Assembly: GCA_963664405.1 (NCBI GenBank)
Contig: OY761158.1
Coordinates: 2,368,001 to 2,432,000 of the forward strand
Direction: 5' to 3'
DNA: 64,000 nt
Origin: Thermoanaerobaculia bacterium
GTDB lineage: Bacteria; Acidobacteriota; Thermoanaerobaculia; Multivoradales; Multivoraceae
The notes below the pieces were generated by a model that did not search any database, was not told the origin of the DNA, and was given only the letters and a program-made list of their open reading frames with translations. Below, in pieces: positions 60,120 through 64,000 of the stretch (position 1 is the stretch's first letter; the number at the start of each line of letters is the position of its first letter). A program made the position numbers and the translations under genes.

Positions 60120-61370
60120 CTACCTCCGAACGAGGAGACCCACTACCCAGCCGGTGGCAGCGTAGATCGCAGCCAGACCGAAAGCGGCCGCGGCAAGCTG
60201 CAACTGACGACTCGGTGGTGGCGTCGAATTGTGACCGAAGAGGAACAGTCCAAGGAAGAAGAGGTACCCGGTTCCGACCGAAGCAGGGATCCAGAGGCCT
60301 ATCGCCAGCAGGCCCTTTAGGACTTTCCGGCTGCGCTCACCCAGGAAGACCAGTACCCGAGCAAGGTAGTAGATCAACCAACCGGCACAGATCAAACCGC
60401 TGATACAAATCGCGGCGAAATAGAGATTGCCGCCGATTCGCTCCAACCCAAAGATCTGCTCGAACCGCGTCGGCACTGGTACGGCCGCCGCTTGGCGCTG
60501 TTGCTCCAGGTGGAGGCGTGCCCGCTCGTCGCCCTCGGCCCGGATCGAGGCGAGGTACGCCTCGATCTCCTGCTCGGCGTAGCCGTCCGACGCGTTCAGC
60601 CTGCGGTCTTTCTGTAATGTTTGAAGGGCGATCTGTCGTTCGTCGTGAGGACCCTGGGTAGCCGTTTCGAAGAGGGCGCTGCGAGCTTCCAGAGAAAGAG
60701 GCGCATGCTCGGCAAGCCCGCCGAGGGCCGCGGCTGCAAGGTGCGCCAAACTGGGAACCGTCTCGTGCACAGGTCTCTCTTCCTGGACAATTGCGACAAG
60801 CGTCATCTCCCCTCCCGGAGAGAGCTCGCCCTGCCAGGCAAAGCCGGCCAGCAGACGGATCGCGGCCTGCCTTACCGAGGGGTCCTCGTGGAGTAGAGCG
60901 AGGTCGACGATCCGGGCCTCCTGCGCGCCGGCAGCCCGGAAAGAATCCTCATCCGAGCCCAGCGCGGTCAACAATGCGGCGAGCACCGGCGTCGGGGGCT
61001 CCTCTTCGAGCTCGGCCAACAGCGACTCCCAAATCTCCGGGGGAAGCTTCTGATTGCGCGCCACCGACCGCAAGCCGGTCAGCGCCTGCTCGCGCACCCC
61101 AGGCGCCTCGTCGCCGACCGCCAGAACCGCGAGCTTCGAGATCACCTCGGGCCCCGGATCGCGGCGGGCGGCAAGCGTCGCAAGCGCCACCACCCGGGTC
61201 TCGAGATCGTCGTCGGCAGCCCGCGCGCGCAGCTCCCGCTCCTGCGACCGCATGCCCAGAAGCTGGATGCCCCGCAGCACGTAGGGGTAGGCACCGGCCA
61301 GAGCGACAAGAATAGCGACCGCGCTAAGGACCACTGGCAGCGGCGTCTTGCGAAGAACCGGAGAGGTCAC
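60120..61370 (-). CDS. HEAT-repeat membrane protein, function unknown
   Basis: N-terminal TM, HEAT-like repeats (VREQALTGL, DPSVRQAAIRLL), three C-terminal TM helices. Confidence 0.65.
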   Translation of the reverse strand: MTSPVLRKTPLPVVLSAVAILVALAGAYPYVLRGIQLLGMRSQERELRARAADDDLETRVVALATLAARRDPGPEVISKLAVLAVGDEAPGVREQALTGLRSVARNQKLPPEIWESLLAELEEEPPTPVLAALLTALGSDEDSFRAAGAQEARIVDLALLHEDPSVRQAAIRLLAGFAWQGELSPGGEMTLVAIVQEERPVHETVPSLAHLAAAALGGLAEHAPLSLEARSALFETATQGPHDERQIALQTLQKDRRLNASDGYAEQEIEAYLASIRAEGDERARLHLEQQRQAAAVPVPTRFEQIFGLERIGGNLYFAAICISGLICAGWLIYYLARVLVFLGERSRKVLKGLLAIGLWIPASVGTGYLFFLGLFLFGHNSTPPPSRQLQLAAAAFGLAAIYAATGWVVGLLVRR

Positions 61371-61461
61371 GGCACATATACTGCCACGCGCGAAGCACGC
61401 GCGGGACGACCGCCCCTTGCCGTCACGATTTCCGCTTGGGTCAAAAAGGAGGTGGCAGCTA

Positions 61462-61628
61462 CTAGACCAGCGTTTCCAAAGTCGCGCTACAATAGCTCGC
61501 GGTCATTCTGTTCGCTGGCAAGGCGCGCCGACGCAGGCGTATTGGGGAATATGTCGAGGAGGCGCAACGCCGCCAGCGGGGCAGAACGGGCCGAGATATG
61601 TAGCGCTACTTTGGAAACGCTGGTCTAG
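61462..61628 (+). mobile_element. MITE family 1, full copy (167 bp, variant arms)
   Basis: CTAGACCAGCGTTTCCAAAGT...ACTTTGGAAACGCTGGTCTAG. Confidence 0.9.
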
Positions 61629-61760
61629 CTACCGCAACGACTTCTCAACGTCGCCTTAGGCGCTTACGCTGTCGAAGCTGTCTGAGGAAAGGCATCTTCG
61701 AGGAACCCGATCATCCGATCCTGCAGCTCTACGAGCCAGTCAGGCACGATGCTGTCGTTA

Positions 61761-62441
<681 letters not shown>

Positions 62442-62734
62442 TCATCGTTCACGGAACGGACTGCGCCGCAAGGCGTACTGGAGCGGCTCCTGTGCAACGG
62501 TGAAACGGCGTAGAAACTCGTTCCCCTGATACCCCACATCCATCATTCCGATCGGGCTAGTGTAGAACGCATCGACGACCAGTCGCCGCACCCACGAAAA
62601 AAACCGGATACCGGAGCCGAGCATTCCTGCGGGATCTGCGGTGTAGTGGCGGAAGGGAGCAATGCACCCGCTCCGAGCGCAGTCAGAGACAGGGCTCCCC
62701 TACGAATCACTTCGCGGCGGCTCAGCTCAGACAT
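62442..62734 (-). pseudogene. Gluconate 2-dehydrogenase subunit-3-like protein with an internal deletion
   Basis: Tat signal MSELSRREVI joined out of frame near 62650 to FFSWVRRLVVDAFYTSPIGMMDVGYQGN. Confidence 0.75.
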
Positions 62735-63835
62735 CACCCCTCCGCAGCTGCTCGGCGAGGTACTCGGAGGTGCGCCAAGCGAGTGCCTTGATGGTGTGGG
62801 TCGGATTCTTGTCCGGGCAGGACACGAACGGGGCCGCGTCCGCGACAAAGAGATTCGGCACCTCCCAAGCCTGGCTGAAGCCGTTGAGAGCGGAGCTCCG
62901 AGGGTCGGCCCCCATGCGCACACAACCGAGCTCGTGGATGATCGAGCCACCCTTCGAGATTCCCTTACCGTCGCGGCTGGGATTGGAGATGCCGCCGGCC
63001 CTACCGCCCATGCGATCGAAGATGTCGCGGAAGGTTCGCTCCATATGCCGAGCCTGCTTCCACTCGTAATCGGTCCAGCTCCAATGGAAGCGGAGCACCG
63101 GAATCCCCCATTCATCGACCGTATCGGAGTCGATCTCGCAGTAGCTCCGGAGATTCGGGATCATCTCGCCACGACCGGCGAGGTTGATGCGAGTGCCGTA
63201 GCCCTCGCGCAGCGCTGCTTTGAGACTCGCCCCGTAGCCGCCGTGGCGCCCCGCCGCGCCGCTGAAGCTGCCAAGCATCGGCATAAGGAAACCGCCACCG
63301 ATCTCGATGTGGTACCCGCGCGGGAAATCCTTGTTCTTCTTCGTGTGCTCCCACCAGGGACGAAGCGCTCGACCTTCTCGTAGTAGGGCGCAACTTCCTC
63401 ATACGAGATCGGCCAGTCTGTTCCCAATCCGTCCGTCGTATAGGGCTCGAAGTCGTAATCGGAGAAGCGAAGCGAGATGCGCCCCCAATGGTTGGTCCTG
63501 CCGCCGAGGATGCGCGAGCGGAACCACGCGAACTCACTGCCGTCGGCGACGCTGTAGGGCTCGCCGGGGATCTGCCAGAAACCGTTGGGCGCCGAGAAGA
63601 AGCTCCTCGGTGCCCTTCCGAAGTAGCTCGCGGCGTCATCGAAGGCGCCACGATGAGGCACCTCGTGAGGAAGCATGTGCTCTTTGAAGTCGGTAAGCGG
63701 GTCGATCATCCCACCGGCTTCGAGGAGCGCCACTTCAACGCCGAGGTCAGTGAGGACCTTGACGGCCGTGCCGCCGCCGGCCCCCGAGCCGATGACGACG
63801 ACATCCCATACCTTGGGAGTCTTGATGACCTGCAT
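62727..63835 (-). pseudogene. GMC oxidoreductase with a large internal deletion and frameshift
   Basis: GSGAGG, LGGRTNHWG, WPISYEEVAPYYEKVERFV jumps near 63358 to PWW..FPRGYHIE..IHELGCVRMG..KNPTHTI; the middle is missing. Confidence 0.88.
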
Positions 63836-63916
63836 CTGTGGGCTAATGCTATCTCGATTGCGAGGTTCCGCCCGACGACACGCCCGCTGACGAGAGGGCG
63901 ACCTGAGTCAGATCGA

Positions 63917-64000
63917 TCAATCCACGGAGAGCAACTGCCCGGCGAAAACGCGGGTCTCGAGGTCGATCTCGCCTTCGGAGCGAATGCGATCACCGTTCGA
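63917..64000 (-). CDS. 3' end of an unknown gene entering from beyond the window
   Basis: Open frame SNGDRIRSEGEIDLETRVFAGQLLSVD* with host-like codons; too short to assign. Confidence 0.4.
   Translation of the reverse strand, partial: SNGDRIRSEGEIDLETRVFAGQLLSVD

Noticed and set aside
26148-61628. CRISPR array
   Set aside because: The repeats are dispersed, long and palindromic, with no repeat-spacer periodicity and no cas genes.

Overview
GC-rich bacterial chromosomal DNA with about 45 genes. The gene content (Oar-type TonB receptor, CRTAC1/FG-GAP, TPR, acidobacterial-type VWA, DUF3604, DUF1080, DUF2911, several PQQ enzymes) suggests Acidobacteriota; this is inference. I found no rRNA, tRNA, CRISPR array, prophage or transposase. 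Main observations: (1) a co-oriented secreted cluster encoding a cytochrome-c-fused PHM-like copper monooxygenase with all six Cu-ligand motifs, a quinohemoprotein PQQ dehydrogenase and a PAL-like NHL lyase, i.e. a candidate bacterial peptide alpha-amidation module with its own electron donor; (2) an Opp ABC importer whose binding protein carries an inserted RRM-like domain and whose OppC carries a beta-rich CxxC insert; (3) an ArsC-like selenoprotein (UxxC plus SECIS-like hairpin) missed by the ORF track; (4) a CTAG-bounded palindromic MITE family (5 copies), one inserted in frame in a signal peptide, plus a second modular repeat family at deletion junctions; (5) widespread gene erosion by deletion, nonsense and frameshift. 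All protein calls come from reading motifs by eye, with no database search. Several start codons were re-called relative to the ORF track.
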